A DNA stretch of 64,000 nucleotides, taken from assembly GCA_012523975.1 (NCBI GenBank), contig JAAYSF010000017.1, positions 7,302-71,301 on the forward strand. The letters are read 5' to 3'. Numbering within the stretch: the first letter of the stretch is position 1; each line of letters opens with the position of its first letter. Below, in pieces: positions 9,610 to 20,545 of this stretch. This stretch comes from Veillonellaceae bacterium (lineage in GTDB: Bacteria; Bacillota; Negativicutes; JAAYSF01). Under the pieces are notes generated by a model. It searched no databases. It was not told the origin of the DNA and saw only the letters and a list, made by a program, of their open reading frames with translations. The position numbers and the translations under genes were made by a program.

Positions 9610-10017
9610 TTAGCTGCGAAAAGAGATTACTTTGCCATTCTCCAGCAAAATCTCAGTATTGACAATTTTGTTTAAATCATCGCCAATGCGTACTTCGACA
9701 ATCCTTTCGAGCGTTCCTTGAACGATTTCGGCACCAATTTCGAGTTGCGCTGTTTCTTTTAGTTTTTCGACCATATGGTTTTTAAAGTCGAGACGTTTCT
9801 GCTTCTCAGCATCAATTTGCTGACGAAGGGCTACTAAACCTTGTGCATCTTGTTTAGCCTGTTCAGCCATAACACGTTTGGCATGAAAGTCAATTTGCTG
9901 AAGTTCCATGTCGGCTTTTTTCAAAGCGTCCTGAATTTCGGCCGCCAATTGTTGTTTTAAGTCTTCGGTTACTTTGGCTTTAATGGTAACCGGACATTTT
10001 AAGGTTATGCTATCCAT
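9610..10017 (-). CDS. YlqD-like protein (DUF2869-like), unknown function
   Basis: Same position as B. subtilis ylqD, between ylqC and rimM. The protein is coiled-coil-rich. Confidence 0.55.
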   Translation of the reverse strand: MDSITLKCPVTIKAKVTEDLKQQLAAEIQDALKKADMELQQIDFHAKRVMAEQAKQDAQGLVALRQQIDAEKQKRLDFKNHMVEKLKETAQLEIGAEIVQGTLERIVEVRIGDDLNKIVNTEILLENGKVISFRS

Positions 10018-10035
10018 GTTTAGTCCGCCTTTTCA

Positions 10036-10272
10036 TCAGATAATTTCGATTACGACTCTCTTATTAGCGCGAGTAGCAGCAGCCTTGACTACTGTCCGCA
10101 AAGCTTTAGCGATGCGGCCTTGCTTACCAATAACTTTTCCCATATCTTCAGGAGCCACGCGCAATTCATATACAGTAGTGTCTCTATCAATAGACTCTGT
10201 TACGTTAACTTGGTCAGGGTTCTTAACCAGCGATTTGGCGATAACTTCAATAATATCTTTCATAGTTATCAC
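10036..10272 (-). CDS. KH-domain RNA-binding protein (YlqC/UPF0109)
   Basis: 78 aa with the KH motif [15 protein letters not shown]. It overlaps the rpsP stop by 4 nt. Confidence 0.85.
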   Translation of the reverse strand: MITMKDIIEVIAKSLVKNPDQVNVTESIDRDTTVYELRVAPEDMGKVIGKQGRIAKALRTVVKAAATRANKRVVIEII

Positions 10273-10550
10273 ACTTCTTTCTTAGTGCGCTTTAATTCAT
10301 CCCACTTTTTCATAATGCCGACTTGACTGAAAAGAGCTTTAACTGTATCAGTAGGTTGTGCACCTTTTTTAAGCCAATCAATAGCTTTTTCTTCATCAAT
10401 ATTGACAATAGCCGGATCTTTTGTGGAATCGTAATTACCAAGAATTTCGATAAAACGACCATCACGCGGAGAGCGTGAGTCAGCAACTACTACACGATAG
10501 AAAGGGCTTTTTTTAGCACCCATCCGGTTTAAGCGAATTTTTACTGCCAT
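10269..10550 (-). CDS. rpsP: 30S ribosomal protein S16
   Basis: [36 protein letters not shown] place the start at the second ATG (10550), 6 nt after AAGGAGGTGA; the tracked ORF begins 2 codons earlier. Confidence 0.95.
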   Translation of the reverse strand: MAVKIRLNRMGAKKSPFYRVVVADSRSPRDGRFIEILGNYDSTKDPAIVNIDEEKAIDWLKKGAQPTDTVKALFSQVGIMKKWDELKRTKKEV

Positions 10551-10598
10551 GAACATTCACCTCCTTTATAGAGTCTCCTTTATATTTTAGAAAAATAC

Positions 10599-11951
10599 TT
10601 AACGCATGAAGGGAAGTTTGAAACCGCCCAGTGATTTTTTTCCACTTTTTTGCATGCTTTGAAAGCGTTTCATCATTTTCTTAGCTTCAGCAAATTGCTT
10701 TAATAATTTGTTTACGTCTTGAACTTTAGTACCGCTGCCGACCGCGATCCTTTTACGGCGGCTGCCGTTGATTATCGCCGGATCGCGACGTTCTTTCTTA
10801 GTCATGGAACGAATGATAGCCTCAACCCGCCCAAGTTCTTTTTCGTCAATTTTGGCATCCTTTAGCTGATTCTTAATATTACCCATACCCGGGAGCATTG
10901 ATAGAACTTGTTCAAGCGGTCCTAATTTTTTAACCTGCTGCAGCTGATCCAGGAAATCATCAAGTGTAAAATCCTCTTTACGAAGCTTTTTCTCCATTTC
11001 CTTGGCTTGTTCCAAGTCCATGTTGGTCTGCGCTTTTTCAATTAAGCTGAGGACATCACCCATACCAAGGATTCTTGAGGCCATACGGTCAGGATGGAAT
11101 GGTTCCAAAGCATCAAGTTTTTCACCCATGCCTGCGAATTTTATCGGCTGTCCGGTAACTGCTTTAACGGAAAGTGCAGCACCACCACGAGCATCGCCGT
11201 CAAGCTTAGTTAAAATTACTCCGTCAAGTCCTAGATCATTATTAAAGGATTCAGCGACAGTAACAGCATCTTGACCCGTCATTGCATCGACTACCAGTAA
11301 AATTTCATGGGGCTTCACAGTTGCTTTTATTGCTTTAAGCTCCTGCATTAATTCCTGATTTATATGCAGGCGGCCAGCAGTATCAATTATTATTAGATCT
11401 CGCGCGTGAGAATTAGCATATTCGATAGCTTTTTCGGCAATTTCAACCGGATTTTTATTGTCTTCGATTGTAAAAACTGGTAGTTCTAATTGTTCGCCTA
11501 ATACCTGCAACTGTTTAATAGCCGCGGGGCGATACACGTCAGCGGCTACCAATAATGGCCGCTTGTTTTGCTTCTTAAGTAAAAGGGCTAATTTGCCGGC
11601 TGTTGTTGTCTTACCTGCCCCTTGCAAGCCGACAAGCATTATAATTGTCGGCGGGCGCGAAGATATTGTAATACGGCTTTGAGTTCCACCCATGAGGTTA
11701 GTTAGTTCTTCATTTACTATCTTAATTACATGCTGACCCGGAGTAAGACTTCCCAAAACTTCTTGGCCAACAGCTCGTTCCTTTACTTTTGTAATAAAAT
11801 CTTTTACAACTTTGAAGTTGACATCTGCTTCTAAAAGAGCCATCCTAACTTCGCGCATTGCATCATTTACATCGGACTCAGATAATTTGCCTTTGCCCCG
11901 AAGCTTTTTAAACGTCTGCTGCAGTTTATCGGCTAATCCCTCAAAAACCAT
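10599..11951 (-). CDS. ffh: Signal recognition particle protein Ffh
   Basis: NG domain with GLQGAGKTTT, DTAGR, and an M-domain with a Met-rich C-terminus. Confidence 0.95.
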   Translation of the reverse strand: MVFEGLADKLQQTFKKLRGKGKLSESDVNDAMREVRMALLEADVNFKVVKDFITKVKERAVGQEVLGSLTPGQHVIKIVNEELTNLMGGTQSRITISSRPPTIIMLVGLQGAGKTTTAGKLALLLKKQNKRPLLVAADVYRPAAIKQLQVLGEQLELPVFTIEDNKNPVEIAEKAIEYANSHARDLIIIDTAGRLHINQELMQELKAIKATVKPHEILLVVDAMTGQDAVTVAESFNNDLGLDGVILTKLDGDARGGAALSVKAVTGQPIKFAGMGEKLDALEPFHPDRMASRILGMGDVLSLIEKAQTNMDLEQAKEMEKKLRKEDFTLDDFLDQLQQVKKLGPLEQVLSMLPGMGNIKNQLKDAKIDEKELGRVEAIIRSMTKKERRDPAIINGSRRKRIAVGSGTKVQDVNKLLKQFAEAKKMMKRFQSMQKSGKKSLGGFKLPFMR

Positions 11952-11952
11952 A

Positions 11953-12312
11953 CTACACCCCCTTTTGCCAATCTATTAGGTCATCCAATCTAATCAGCGC
12001 CTGGTTAATATCTGGATTTCGTTTTAATTGTAAGGGCAGACCTTTTAATAAACTATAAACTTCCCGTATATATTGCTGCTCACGTCGACAACGCTCAACT
12101 AGTTGCAGCTTATATTCATATTCTTCAAGAGTTTGTTCAGCGCGCCGCAGGATGTCATGAACAGCTTGTCTTGAAACGTTAAATTCACTTGCTATTTCTG
12201 AAAGAGAAAAATCATTTAAATAGTGCATTTCTATGCACTGTCGCTGCTTATCGGTCAGTAAGGCTCCATAAAAATCAAATAAAGGACCGATGCGAAGAAC
12301 TTTATCCAACAT
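11953..12312 (-). CDS. ylxM: YlxM/p13 family putative DNA-binding protein (UPF0122)
   Basis: Conserved [11 protein letters not shown] and HTH, in the conserved position upstream of ffh. The likely ATG is at 12310-12312 after AGGTGA; the tracked ORF starts 3 codons earlier at a GTG. Confidence 0.8.
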   Translation of the reverse strand: MLDKVLRIGPLFDFYGALLTDKQRQCIEMHYLNDFSLSEIASEFNVSRQAVHDILRRAEQTLEEYEYKLQLVERCRREQQYIREVYSLLKGLPLQLKRNPDINQALIRLDDLIDWQKGV

Positions 12313-12357
12313 TTTTCTCACCTGCTTGCTGACAAGGTAATTGCCTTTACATTTAAT

Positions 12358-12386
12358 AGTATAATTAACCTAATAAGATATGTCAA
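12358..12386 (-). promoter_or_regulatory. Sigma-A-type promoter for ylxM-ffh: -35 TTGACA, 17-nt spacer, -10 TATACT
   Basis: Minus strand reads TTGACAtatcttattaggttaatTATACT. On the plus strand the -35 is at 12381-12386 and the -10 at 12358-12363. Confidence 0.5.
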
Positions 12387-12425
12387 GCATTATTACTTGT
12401 CAGTTAAAAAACTTTACCTAGAACT

Positions 12426-13349
12426 TTACCCCTTTTGATTAAGGAATAAAGCCTTAGCAAACTCGCTCGGTATGAATGGGCGCAAGTCGTTAACGCCTTC
12501 CCCGACCCCAATGAGTTTGACCGGTAAATTAAGCTCTGATTTTATAGCTACAACTACACCGCCTTTTGCTGTTCCGTCAAGTTTAGTAAGCACGACACCA
12601 GTAATATCACAGGCGTCCGAGAAGATTTTTGCCTGGCTTATAGCATTTTGCCCGGTAGTGGCATCAAGAACGAGAAGGGTTTCATGCGGAGCATCGGGCA
12701 GTTCGCGAGTAATTACTCGTCTAACCTTTTTTAATTCATCCATAAGATTTGATTTGGTGTGAAGTCGACCGGCGGTATCGATAATAAGAACGTCCGCTTT
12801 CTTTGCCTTAGCAGACTGAACGGCATCAAAAGCAACAGCAGCCGGATCGGAGCCGTGGGAATGCTTAATAACTTCGGCTCCGATTCGTTGGCCCCAGATT
12901 TCAAGCTGCTCAATAGCCGCAGCACGAAATGTATCACCAGCCGCCAAAACAACTTTAGCACCATGCTCCCGATAATAATTACCTAGTTTCCCGATAGTTG
13001 TCGTTTTGCCTACCCCATTTACGCCTACCACCATGATCACAGTAGGTGGCTGGACTGCGCGAAGTAACTCAGTAGAGCCCTCGCCAAGAATAGCGCTTAT
13101 CTGCCTTTGCAAAAATGGTTTCAGATCGTCCGGTGACTGAATTTCTTTAGCTTTTATTCCTTTACGAACTTCCTCAATTAATTTAGTTGTTGTTTTAACA
13201 CCTACATCAGCCGAAAGTAAAACGGCCTCAAGGTCATCAATAAATTCGTCATCGATTTTAGCATAGCCGATAACAAGTTGTTCGATTTTTTCCGTAAAAC
13301 TTTTACGCGTCTTCTCTAAACCTGCTTTTAACTTATCAAAAAATCCCAT
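12426..13349 (-). CDS. ftsY: Signal recognition particle receptor FtsY
   Basis: NG domain: [29 protein letters not shown]. Confidence 0.95.
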   Translation of the reverse strand: MGFFDKLKAGLEKTRKSFTEKIEQLVIGYAKIDDEFIDDLEAVLLSADVGVKTTTKLIEEVRKGIKAKEIQSPDDLKPFLQRQISAILGEGSTELLRAVQPPTVIMVVGVNGVGKTTTIGKLGNYYREHGAKVVLAAGDTFRAAAIEQLEIWGQRIGAEVIKHSHGSDPAAVAFDAVQSAKAKKADVLIIDTAGRLHTKSNLMDELKKVRRVITRELPDAPHETLLVLDATTGQNAISQAKIFSDACDITGVVLTKLDGTAKGGVVVAIKSELNLPVKLIGVGEGVNDLRPFIPSEFAKALFLNQKG

Positions 13350-13371
13350 GATAACCTCCTAGTATACCTAA

Positions 13372-16300
13372 TCAGCCGGCTTTATCGCCAAACTTTACTG
13401 AGACTAAGCGAGAAATTCCGGCCTCTTCTATTGTAACACCATGCATTACATCAGCAGCCTCCATCGTTCCTTTACGGTGCGTGACTACAATAAACTGAGT
13501 TTTGAGTGCATACTCACGCAAAAATGAGCTAAATCGGCGTAGGTTAGCCTCATCGAGAGGCGCATCGATTTCGTCGACAACAACAAATGGTGATGGCCGA
13601 TAGGTCAAAAATGCAAACAGCAAGGCGATAACAGTCAAAGCCCTTTCTCCGCCTGAAAGCAAAACAAGGTTTTGCAATTTCTTACCTGGCGGCTGAACGA
13701 TAACTTCAATTCCAGTTTCCAATAAATTGTCTGGATCGGTAAGTCGTATTTGAGCCATGCCGCCGCCAAACATTTTAACGAAAATCTCCCCAAAGTAACC
13801 GTTAATTTTATGAAAGGCTTCTTTAAACTGGCTACCCATAGTCATGTCGATATCACCAATGATCGACGAAAGATAGTCTTGTGCAGCCACTAGATCATCA
13901 TACTGCGTTTGCAGAAACTGACGACGCTCTGAGAGTTTGGCATATTCTTCAACTGCCGTTGGGTTTATCGGTCCCAGTTCGTCTATAGCGGATTCAAGAC
14001 GGTTAGCGTCTTTAGCAAGTTGTACTGGGTCGTCCGAACGGTACAGTTTAAGGGCCTCCTCCTTCGACAAAGAGTATTGATCACGCAGTTCATCTTTACA
14101 GCGCGTTACTTCATAGTCGTACCTTGTTCTAAGAAGTTCAAGCTCATGCAGCCGTCTCTGCAGCTCGGTATGTTTGCGGCGTAATTCTTTTAAATCCTTG
14201 TCCAACTTTTGAGCAGCAGTTACAATTTCAAGTTTTCGCATATAGCCTGTTTTATAATCAAGCTCCATGCCGGTTTTTTGATTAATTTGATTAGTTCGAG
14301 AAGTGGTTATTACGTTTAGTTCTTCCCTAGTGATAGTTATTTGATGCTCTAGCTTAGTCTGTTCTTCAGTTAAACTAGCCTGTTTATTATTCAAAGCCTG
14401 GACATATTCGGTAAGCTGTTTACGGTTTTCCTGCATAGAGGCCGCATTTTGTTCCAAAGCCGATAGTTTGATCTTCTGCTCAGTTAAATCTTGATTTAAT
14501 TTTTCCTTGCAAGCAATAGCTTCAGCCAATTTAGTACGCCAATCCTCAAGCATCTGCTTATGTACCATATCACGATTTTCCAGATGCTCCACTGTATTTT
14601 TAGTATCAATTAGCTTTTGTTCTAATTGAGCTTGTTCCTCCTGATAGTTTTGAATTTCGTATGCTAAGGTTTTTTCACCAATTGTCAAGCGGTTGATTTC
14701 GGCTATGATTTTATCGTTATGCACCATTAATTCGGCCTGACGTACTTCAGTTTGTTGCCGATATTCTAGCGCTAATTGAATTTGTTCCGTTAATTCTGCT
14801 AAACGTTGTTCATCTGTAGCAACTTCACTCTTGAGTTGACGTAAATTGTGTTCAATACTGCCGATTTTAGTCTGGAGAGATTCTATATCCCTACTCCTGC
14901 TTAAAAAGCTGGCATCTCGCCTATTGATTGTTCCACCTGTTATAGATCCGCCAGGGCTAATTAATTCGCCATCCAAGGTTACGATTTTTAGTAAAAATGA
15001 ACCGCGCTTAGCAAGTTCATACGCTGTATCAATATCCTTAGCGATAATTGTCCGACCAAGCAAGTATTCAATAACGCGGCGATACTTAACATCATAATCC
15101 ACAAGTTCCGAGGCAAAGCCAAGAGATCCTGGGGAATTAGCCGCAGTTAACTCATAGTCACGGCGTGGTGACGGCTTAATTGTATTTAACGGAAGAAAGG
15201 TAGCCCGTCCTAGCCGACCTTCTTTCAAATAGCTTATTGCCTGCTTGGCTGTCTTTTCATCTTCCGTAACAATATGCTGTAGTGCACCGCCCAAGGCAAT
15301 CTCTATCGCAGTGATATACTTTTGATCAACCTTTAATATCTGAGTTACTGCGCCGCAAATGCCATTTCGCCAAGTCGCAGTGCTTTTTAGGACATTCTTA
15401 ATACCGCGGCCGAAGCCCTCAAGTTCCTGTTGCATATGATTCAATACTTTTAGGCGGGATTTGTTTTCATTTAGTTGATTGGTAAGTTGGCGCTCATGCA
15501 CTAATAAGTTTTTTAACTTTTTTTCCAATGACAGCTTCTCTTTTTCTAATTTGTCCTGCTTCAAATCATTTTCTTTAATTCCTAAAGCTAATGTTTTTAT
15601 TTCTGCAGTCATTTTATTATGATTTGTTTGTGCCGAGGTAAGCTGAGTTTTAAAGTCGGTCTGCTCGTCAAGAACCCCCATCTTTTGGGTATTTAGCCTT
15701 GTTAGCTCGTGTTCAATGGCATTAATTGCATTACGATAAGTTACTAGCTCCTGAAGATGATCGAAAGTTTTTTCTTTTTCTGATTCGACCTGTCGTTCAT
15801 AACTCCTAACAAGACTGGCAAGTTCATCGTATTCTTTCGTTTTATTTGCCAGCAATTGTTTTATAGCAATAATTTGCTCCCGCTTTTCTTCGTAAGCGGT
15901 AACTGCCTGGGAAAGCTTATCATTTACCTCATGTAATTGTTCAATGCCGATCGCCTTTTCCTCAACAATTCTATTCTGAGAATATTCGGCTTGACTGATA
16001 CGCTCACGCAGTACTGCGGCTTGTCCATCTAATCGTTCTATCTCGGTGTTGGCGTTATTAATGTTAGCTAAAAGAGTTGAAAGTTCGTTATCAATTTTTG
16101 CTATATCAGAGCGGATCACTTCTTCTTCAGATTCCTTAAGACTAATAGTAGTACTTAAGTTTACTTCATCATCAACAAGCGACTCTTGCTCTTGGTTAGC
16201 AATCTCAAGCATCTTTTCTGTTTTATTAAGTCTATTAAGTAATAGACTAGACTGGCAAATTACTAGTTCTGTATATAACTCGTTATAGCGAGTCGTGCGG

Positions 16301-16953
16301 GCCGCGCTTTCAGATAATGGTCCGAGCTGGGTTTCCAATTCAGCGGTTATATCGGCTACACGTGTTAAATTTTGTGAAGTATCTTCAAGTTTTCGCATAG
16401 CCTCTTTTTTTCGATGCTTGTATTTAGTTATACCGGCAGCTTCTTCAAACAATGACCGACGATCTTCAGGCCTGCTGTTTAGGACCTCGTCAATCTTATT
16501 TTGACTAATAACAGTCATAGAATCCCGACCTAGCCCAGTATCCGCAAGTAACTCGTGAATATCTTTTAGCCGGCACGACGACTTATTAATGTAGTATTCA
16601 CTTTCTCCTGAGCGAAAAACCCGGCGTGTGATGGTCACTTCATTAAAGTCTACCGGCAGTAAGTGATCGCTGTTGTCAAAAGTCAACGAAACCTCAGCAA
16701 TACCGCTCTGACGACGGCCGGCGCTGCCGGCAAATATTACATCCTCTAACTTGGCGCCGCGCAAATTACGAATACTTTGCTCACCCAATACCCAACGAAT
16801 AGCATCAGTAATATTACTTTTACCGCTACCATTCGGACCAACTATGGCAGTTATCCCCCGCCCAAACTCAATATCTGTCTTTTCAGCGAATGATTTAAAG
16901 CCATATAGACCTAGCCTTTGCAATAGCAAACAAATCACCACACATTCAAACAT
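13372..16953 (-). CDS. smc: Chromosome segregation protein SMC
   Basis: 1193 aa with an N-terminal Walker A GPNGSGKSN, long coiled coils, a hinge, and a C-terminal LSGGE signature. The true start may be the TTG at 16927-16929 (GGTGA RBS), giving the canonical LQRLGLYGFKSF N-terminus. Confidence 0.95.
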   Translation of the reverse strand: MFECVVICLLLQRLGLYGFKSFAEKTDIEFGRGITAIVGPNGSGKSNITDAIRWVLGEQSIRNLRGAKLEDVIFAGSAGRRQSGIAEVSLTFDNSDHLLPVDFNEVTITRRVFRSGESEYYINKSSCRLKDIHELLADTGLGRDSMTVISQNKIDEVLNSRPEDRRSLFEEAAGITKYKHRKKEAMRKLEDTSQNLTRVADITAELETQLGPLSESAARTTRYNELYTELVICQSSLLLNRLNKTEKMLEIANQEQESLVDDEVNLSTTISLKESEEEVIRSDIAKIDNELSTLLANINNANTEIERLDGQAAVLRERISQAEYSQNRIVEEKAIGIEQLHEVNDKLSQAVTAYEEKREQIIAIKQLLANKTKEYDELASLVRSYERQVESEKEKTFDHLQELVTYRNAINAIEHELTRLNTQKMGVLDEQTDFKTQLTSAQTNHNKMTAEIKTLALGIKENDLKQDKLEKEKLSLEKKLKNLLVHERQLTNQLNENKSRLKVLNHMQQELEGFGRGIKNVLKSTATWRNGICGAVTQILKVDQKYITAIEIALGGALQHIVTEDEKTAKQAISYLKEGRLGRATFLPLNTIKPSPRRDYELTAANSPGSLGFASELVDYDVKYRRVIEYLLGRTIIAKDIDTAYELAKRGSFLLKIVTLDGELISPGGSITGGTINRRDASFLSRSRDIESLQTKIGSIEHNLRQLKSEVATDEQRLAELTEQIQLALEYRQQTEVRQAELMVHNDKIIAEINRLTIGEKTLAYEIQNYQEEQAQLEQKLIDTKNTVEHLENRDMVHKQMLEDWRTKLAEAIACKEKLNQDLTEQKIKLSALEQNAASMQENRKQLTEYVQALNNKQASLTEEQTKLEHQITITREELNVITTSRTNQINQKTGMELDYKTGYMRKLEIVTAAQKLDKDLKELRRKHTELQRRLHELELLRTRYDYEVTRCKDELRDQYSLSKEEALKLYRSDDPVQLAKDANRLESAIDELGPINPTAVEEYAKLSERRQFLQTQYDDLVAAQDYLSSIIGDIDMTMGSQFKEAFHKINGYFGEIFVKMFGGGMAQIRLTDPDNLLETGIEVIVQPPGKKLQNLVLLSGGERALTVIALLFAFLTYRPSPFVVVDEIDAPLDEANLRRFSSFLREYALKTQFIVVTHRKGTMEAADVMHGVTIEEAGISRLVSVKFGDKAG

Positions 16954-17009
16954 CTAATCATAAATTTTATCATGTAAATCAGAAGGTGAAAAGGGTAAAT
17001 GTGGAAAGA

Positions 17010-17047
17010 AAAATTTAAAAAACCTATTTGCAAACGCAAACAGGCTT
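17010..17047 (-). terminator. Rho-independent terminator after spoVS
   Basis: Minus-strand hairpin AGCCTGTTTGC-gtt-TGCAAATAGGTT followed by TTTTTAAATTTTT. Confidence 0.5.
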
Positions 17048-17060
17048 TTTAAATTACTAA

Positions 17061-17321
17061 TTAACGGGGCTCAACAATAAAGCGGATCGCAGTACGTTCT
17101 TCTCCATCAATAGTTATCTCGGCAAAGGCAGGTATTGTTATCAGATTTATACCATTGGGTGCCACAAAGCCACGCGCAACTGCGATTGCTTTAATGGCTT
17201 GATTAACTGCTCCTGCGCCAACTGCTTGCACTTCAGCTGAGCCTTTTTCCCTAAGTACGGCAGCAAGAGCGCCTGCTACAGATTTAGGATTCGATTGTGC
17301 AGATACTTTAAGTACTTCCAA
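17061..17321 (-). CDS. spoVS: Stage V sporulation protein S
   Basis: 86 aa, MEVLKVSAQSNPKSVAGALA..., a highly conserved SpoVS sequence. Confidence 0.9.
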   Translation of the reverse strand: MEVLKVSAQSNPKSVAGALAAVLREKGSAEVQAVGAGAVNQAIKAIAVARGFVAPNGINLITIPAFAEITIDGEERTAIRFIVEPR

Positions 17322-17411
17322 TTACGTTACCTCCTTTGGTTTGAGGGCTATACGATACTAAAGTATTCTGCTGATTTCCTAAAAATTCCTTCAAATATGA
17401 ATTTCTTTAAA

Positions 17412-18455
17412 CTATTCCAGCATATTTCTTGTTATAATGCATCTATGTCCATTAGTTTCAATTTTTAATAGGCCGATTGTAGTCCCATCGGGCACAAGGC
17501 TAAAACTTGCCTTATAGTTATCAGTCCAGGCTTTTATATTTGCGTTTGCTAGACCTCGCACCTTAGATGAGTCCTTGGCATGATGGTGAATAACTACCTC
17601 CGCCCCAAGTTCAGTAAAATTGTCCAGGCAACGTGCAACCATAATGTTAAATAAATAGGCGTCCACCATCTCCCCAAAAGCCGGATGATAAGGTCCTGCT
17701 AGAACAACATCTCGGCTATTTAAATCATCGCTGGCCTGTAAACCAGTTCGAATAACTGGGATATTGCAACGGTTAAAAATAAGTTTCATAAAAGCTGAGC
17801 GGGCAACGGCTTCATTAAGAGGAAGCGGCACATAAGCTCCACTTTGATATAGTCGGGCCAAATGGGTCTCAGCAATAACAAGAGTAGGATAGATGCGCGT
17901 AAAATCAGGCTTCAGCTCGGCGGCTTGGAAAGCTGTTTTTATTAAGTTGGACCAATTCTCGGTCGGGAGACCAACCATTAATTGCAGTCCGCATTTAATG
18001 CCTGCAGTTTTTATTAAATTTACCGCAGTTCTTATGGCTTGGCTTGTGTGTCCTCGGGCCGCGCTTTGCAGAACTTTATCATCAAGGGACTGCGCCCCAA
18101 GCTCAATTGTTGAGACACCTAAACCATGAAGCATTTTTAAAATCTCCGGTGAAATGCAATCGGGCCGAGTGGATAAACGAATTGCCTGAACTTTATCGGC
18201 TTTAAGAGCATGATAAGCAGGAGTTAAGAGTGCTTCTTGAATATCGATCGGCAGTGCAGTAAAGCTGCCACCATAAAATGCAATCTCAATTCGCCGTTCG
18301 CGGTTTATTCTAGCTAGATGATCTTTAATAACTTGGGCAACAAGTTTAGGGGTCATTGAAGTTTGAAAACCGGTTATTTTTTTTTGATTGCAAAATATAC
18401 ACTGATGGGGACAGCCAAAGTGAGGGATAAATATTGGGATGATATAATGTTTCAT
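17412..18455 (-). CDS. Radical SAM protein (ELP3/COG1032-like Fe-S oxidoreductase)
   Basis: CPHQCIFC CX3CX2C motif near the N-terminus. The start is set at MKHYIIP (18455, GAGGT RBS). It sits between rnc and smc, as I recall for many Clostridia. Confidence 0.7.
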   Translation of the reverse strand: MKHYIIPIFIPHFGCPHQCIFCNQKKITGFQTSMTPKLVAQVIKDHLARINRERRIEIAFYGGSFTALPIDIQEALLTPAYHALKADKVQAIRLSTRPDCISPEILKMLHGLGVSTIELGAQSLDDKVLQSAARGHTSQAIRTAVNLIKTAGIKCGLQLMVGLPTENWSNLIKTAFQAAELKPDFTRIYPTLVIAETHLARLYQSGAYVPLPLNEAVARSAFMKLIFNRCNIPVIRTGLQASDDLNSRDVVLAGPYHPAFGEMVDAYLFNIMVARCLDNFTELGAEVVIHHHAKDSSKVRGLANANIKAWTDNYKASFSLVPDGTTIGLLKIETNGHRCIITRNMLE

Positions 18456-18498
18456 AATTACCTCAATAATTAAATGTGGGCGGCCAAAGGCCGCCCTG

Positions 18499-19224
18499 CT
18501 ATTGCACAATAACTTCCAATTTTATTAATGCCTGTTTTGCGGCGCGTTGCTCGGCCTCTTTTTTGCTGCGTCCTGTTCCTCGTCCCATCTCAATGCCATT
18601 AATTAATATCATTGCATCAAATAGCTTATCATGGTCTGGGCCGCGTTCGGCAATAATCTCGTAGGAAATTTTACTATCACTGTTTTTTTGTACAACTTCC
18701 TGCAGCGATGTCTTATAATCCTTAAGATAATCGCCTCGTTCAATCAGCATCAAGTCGTTAGCTAGATGTTCCAAAACAAATTTGGCAGCGCTATCGAAAC
18801 CACTATCAAGATAAATAGCGCCTATGATAGCTTCGAAGGCATCCGCTAATATCGATAATCGTTCACGCCCGCCTGAAGCAGCCTCGCCTTTGCCTAAAAG
18901 CAAGTAGTCTCCGATTCTGATTTTGGACGAACACTGGGCCAACGTCGGTTCACATACCACCATCGCCCGAGCTTTAGTCAGCTCGCCTTCCGGAAGCCCT
19001 GGGAAACGCCGGAATAAATATTCACTAATTACCAAGTCGAGAACAGCGTCACCAAGAAACTCTAAACGCTCATTATGGACAATACCATGATGTTTCGCTT
19101 CGTTAGCAAACGATGTATGAGTTAAAGCTTGGTGAAGCAAATTCAAGTCTTTAAGGTCAACTTTTAATACACTGCATAACAATTTAAGCTGCTTGATACG
19201 ATCAGCGTTGAAATGGTTTTTCAT
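18499..19224 (-). CDS. rnc: Ribonuclease III
   Basis: ERLEFLGDAVL signature and a dsRBD C-terminus. Confidence 0.95.
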   Translation of the reverse strand: MKNHFNADRIKQLKLLCSVLKVDLKDLNLLHQALTHTSFANEAKHHGIVHNERLEFLGDAVLDLVISEYLFRRFPGLPEGELTKARAMVVCEPTLAQCSSKIRIGDYLLLGKGEAASGGRERLSILADAFEAIIGAIYLDSGFDSAAKFVLEHLANDLMLIERGDYLKDYKTSLQEVVQKNSDSKISYEIIAERGPDHDKLFDAMILINGIEMGRGTGRSKKEAEQRAAKQALIKLEVIVQ

Positions 19225-19235
19225 GGTTTTAAAAA

Positions 19236-20486
19236 CTATGCTTGATATTTTTTGAGCAAAATAGTCGCGTTATGACCGCCAAAACCAAAGGAATTGGAAA
19301 TGGCAACATCCACTTTTTGTTCACGCGCTTTATTAGGTACATAGTCTAGATCTAAATCAGGATCTGGCGTTTCGTAATTAATTGTAGGTGGTATTATGCC
19401 GTTAGCTATTGTTAAGGCTGTAGCGATACATTCAATACCGCCAGCTGCACCAAGCAAATGACCAGTCATTGATTTGATAGAACTTACAGCCATTTTGTGA
19501 GCGTGCTCACCGAATAGACTTTTAATAGCAAGTGTTTCATTCTTATCATTTAATGGTGTAGAAGTACCATGTGCATTTACATAGTCAACATCATTTGTGC
19601 TTAGCCCAGCATCTTCAATTGCCATTGCCATACATTTTGCAGCTTGTGCTCCTTCAGGAGCAGGCGCTGTTATATGGAAAGCATCTGCATTATAACCATA
19701 GCCGGCAATCTCAGCATATATATGAGCACCGCGGGCTAAAGCGTGTTCAAGTGATTCTAAAACTACGACGCCAGCACCCTCACCCATGACAAAACCATTA
19801 CGGTCTTTATCAAAGGGGCGGGAAGCTTTAGTCGGTTCGTCATTGCGAGACGAAAGAGCTTTCATGGAACAGAAGCCAGCTACAGCTGCAGGAGAAACTG
19901 CTGCTTCGGTACCGCCAGCGACCATTACGTCAGCGTCACCACGCTGAATTACCTTGAAAGCATCGCCGATTGAGTTAGTGCCAGTAGCACAAGCAGTTAC
20001 TACACAGCTATTAGGACCTTGAAGACCATAAGTAATTGATGTTTGACCTGATGCCATATTTGCAATCATCATTGGCACAAAGAACGGACTAATACGGCCG
20101 GGCCCTTTATCAAATAGGACTTTAAATTGCTCATGAAGAGTTTCAATGCCGCCGATGCCTGTGCCAATATATGTGCCTATCCGGCTTCTATCCTCGCAGT
20201 CAAGATCTATCTTAGCATCCTCTAAGGCCATTTTTGTTGCCGCTACGGCAAACTGGGTAAAGCGATCCATTCTTTTGGCTTCTTTTTTGTCGATGTATTG
20301 GGCAGGATCAAAGTTTTTTACTTCGCCTGCAATTTGAGCTGTAAAGTCGCTCGCATCAAAACGAGTGATTGGGCCAACGCCCGAAACACCATTAATCAGC
20401 GATTGCCAAAAATCATCTTTTCCAATGCCTACAGGACTTATTGCGCCCAAACCTGTTATTACGACTCGTTTCTTCAAAATGATCAC
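19236..20486 (-). CDS. fabF: 3-oxoacyl-ACP synthase II
   Basis: 416 aa KAS II with active-site Cys in the ACATGTNS context and His/His motifs ([14 protein letters not shown]). Confidence 0.95.
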   Translation of the reverse strand: MIILKKRVVITGLGAISPVGIGKDDFWQSLINGVSGVGPITRFDASDFTAQIAGEVKNFDPAQYIDKKEAKRMDRFTQFAVAATKMALEDAKIDLDCEDRSRIGTYIGTGIGGIETLHEQFKVLFDKGPGRISPFFVPMMIANMASGQTSITYGLQGPNSCVVTACATGTNSIGDAFKVIQRGDADVMVAGGTEAAVSPAAVAGFCSMKALSSRNDEPTKASRPFDKDRNGFVMGEGAGVVVLESLEHALARGAHIYAEIAGYGYNADAFHITAPAPEGAQAAKCMAMAIEDAGLSTNDVDYVNAHGTSTPLNDKNETLAIKSLFGEHAHKMAVSSIKSMTGHLLGAAGGIECIATALTIANGIIPPTINYETPDPDLDLDYVPNKAREQKVDVAISNSFGFGGHNATILLKKYQA

Positions 20487-20545
20487 CTCACATTTTATTA
20501 ACTTTTAAAAAGCGGTCTATAAATAATACTCGGCATTGCCCAGCA

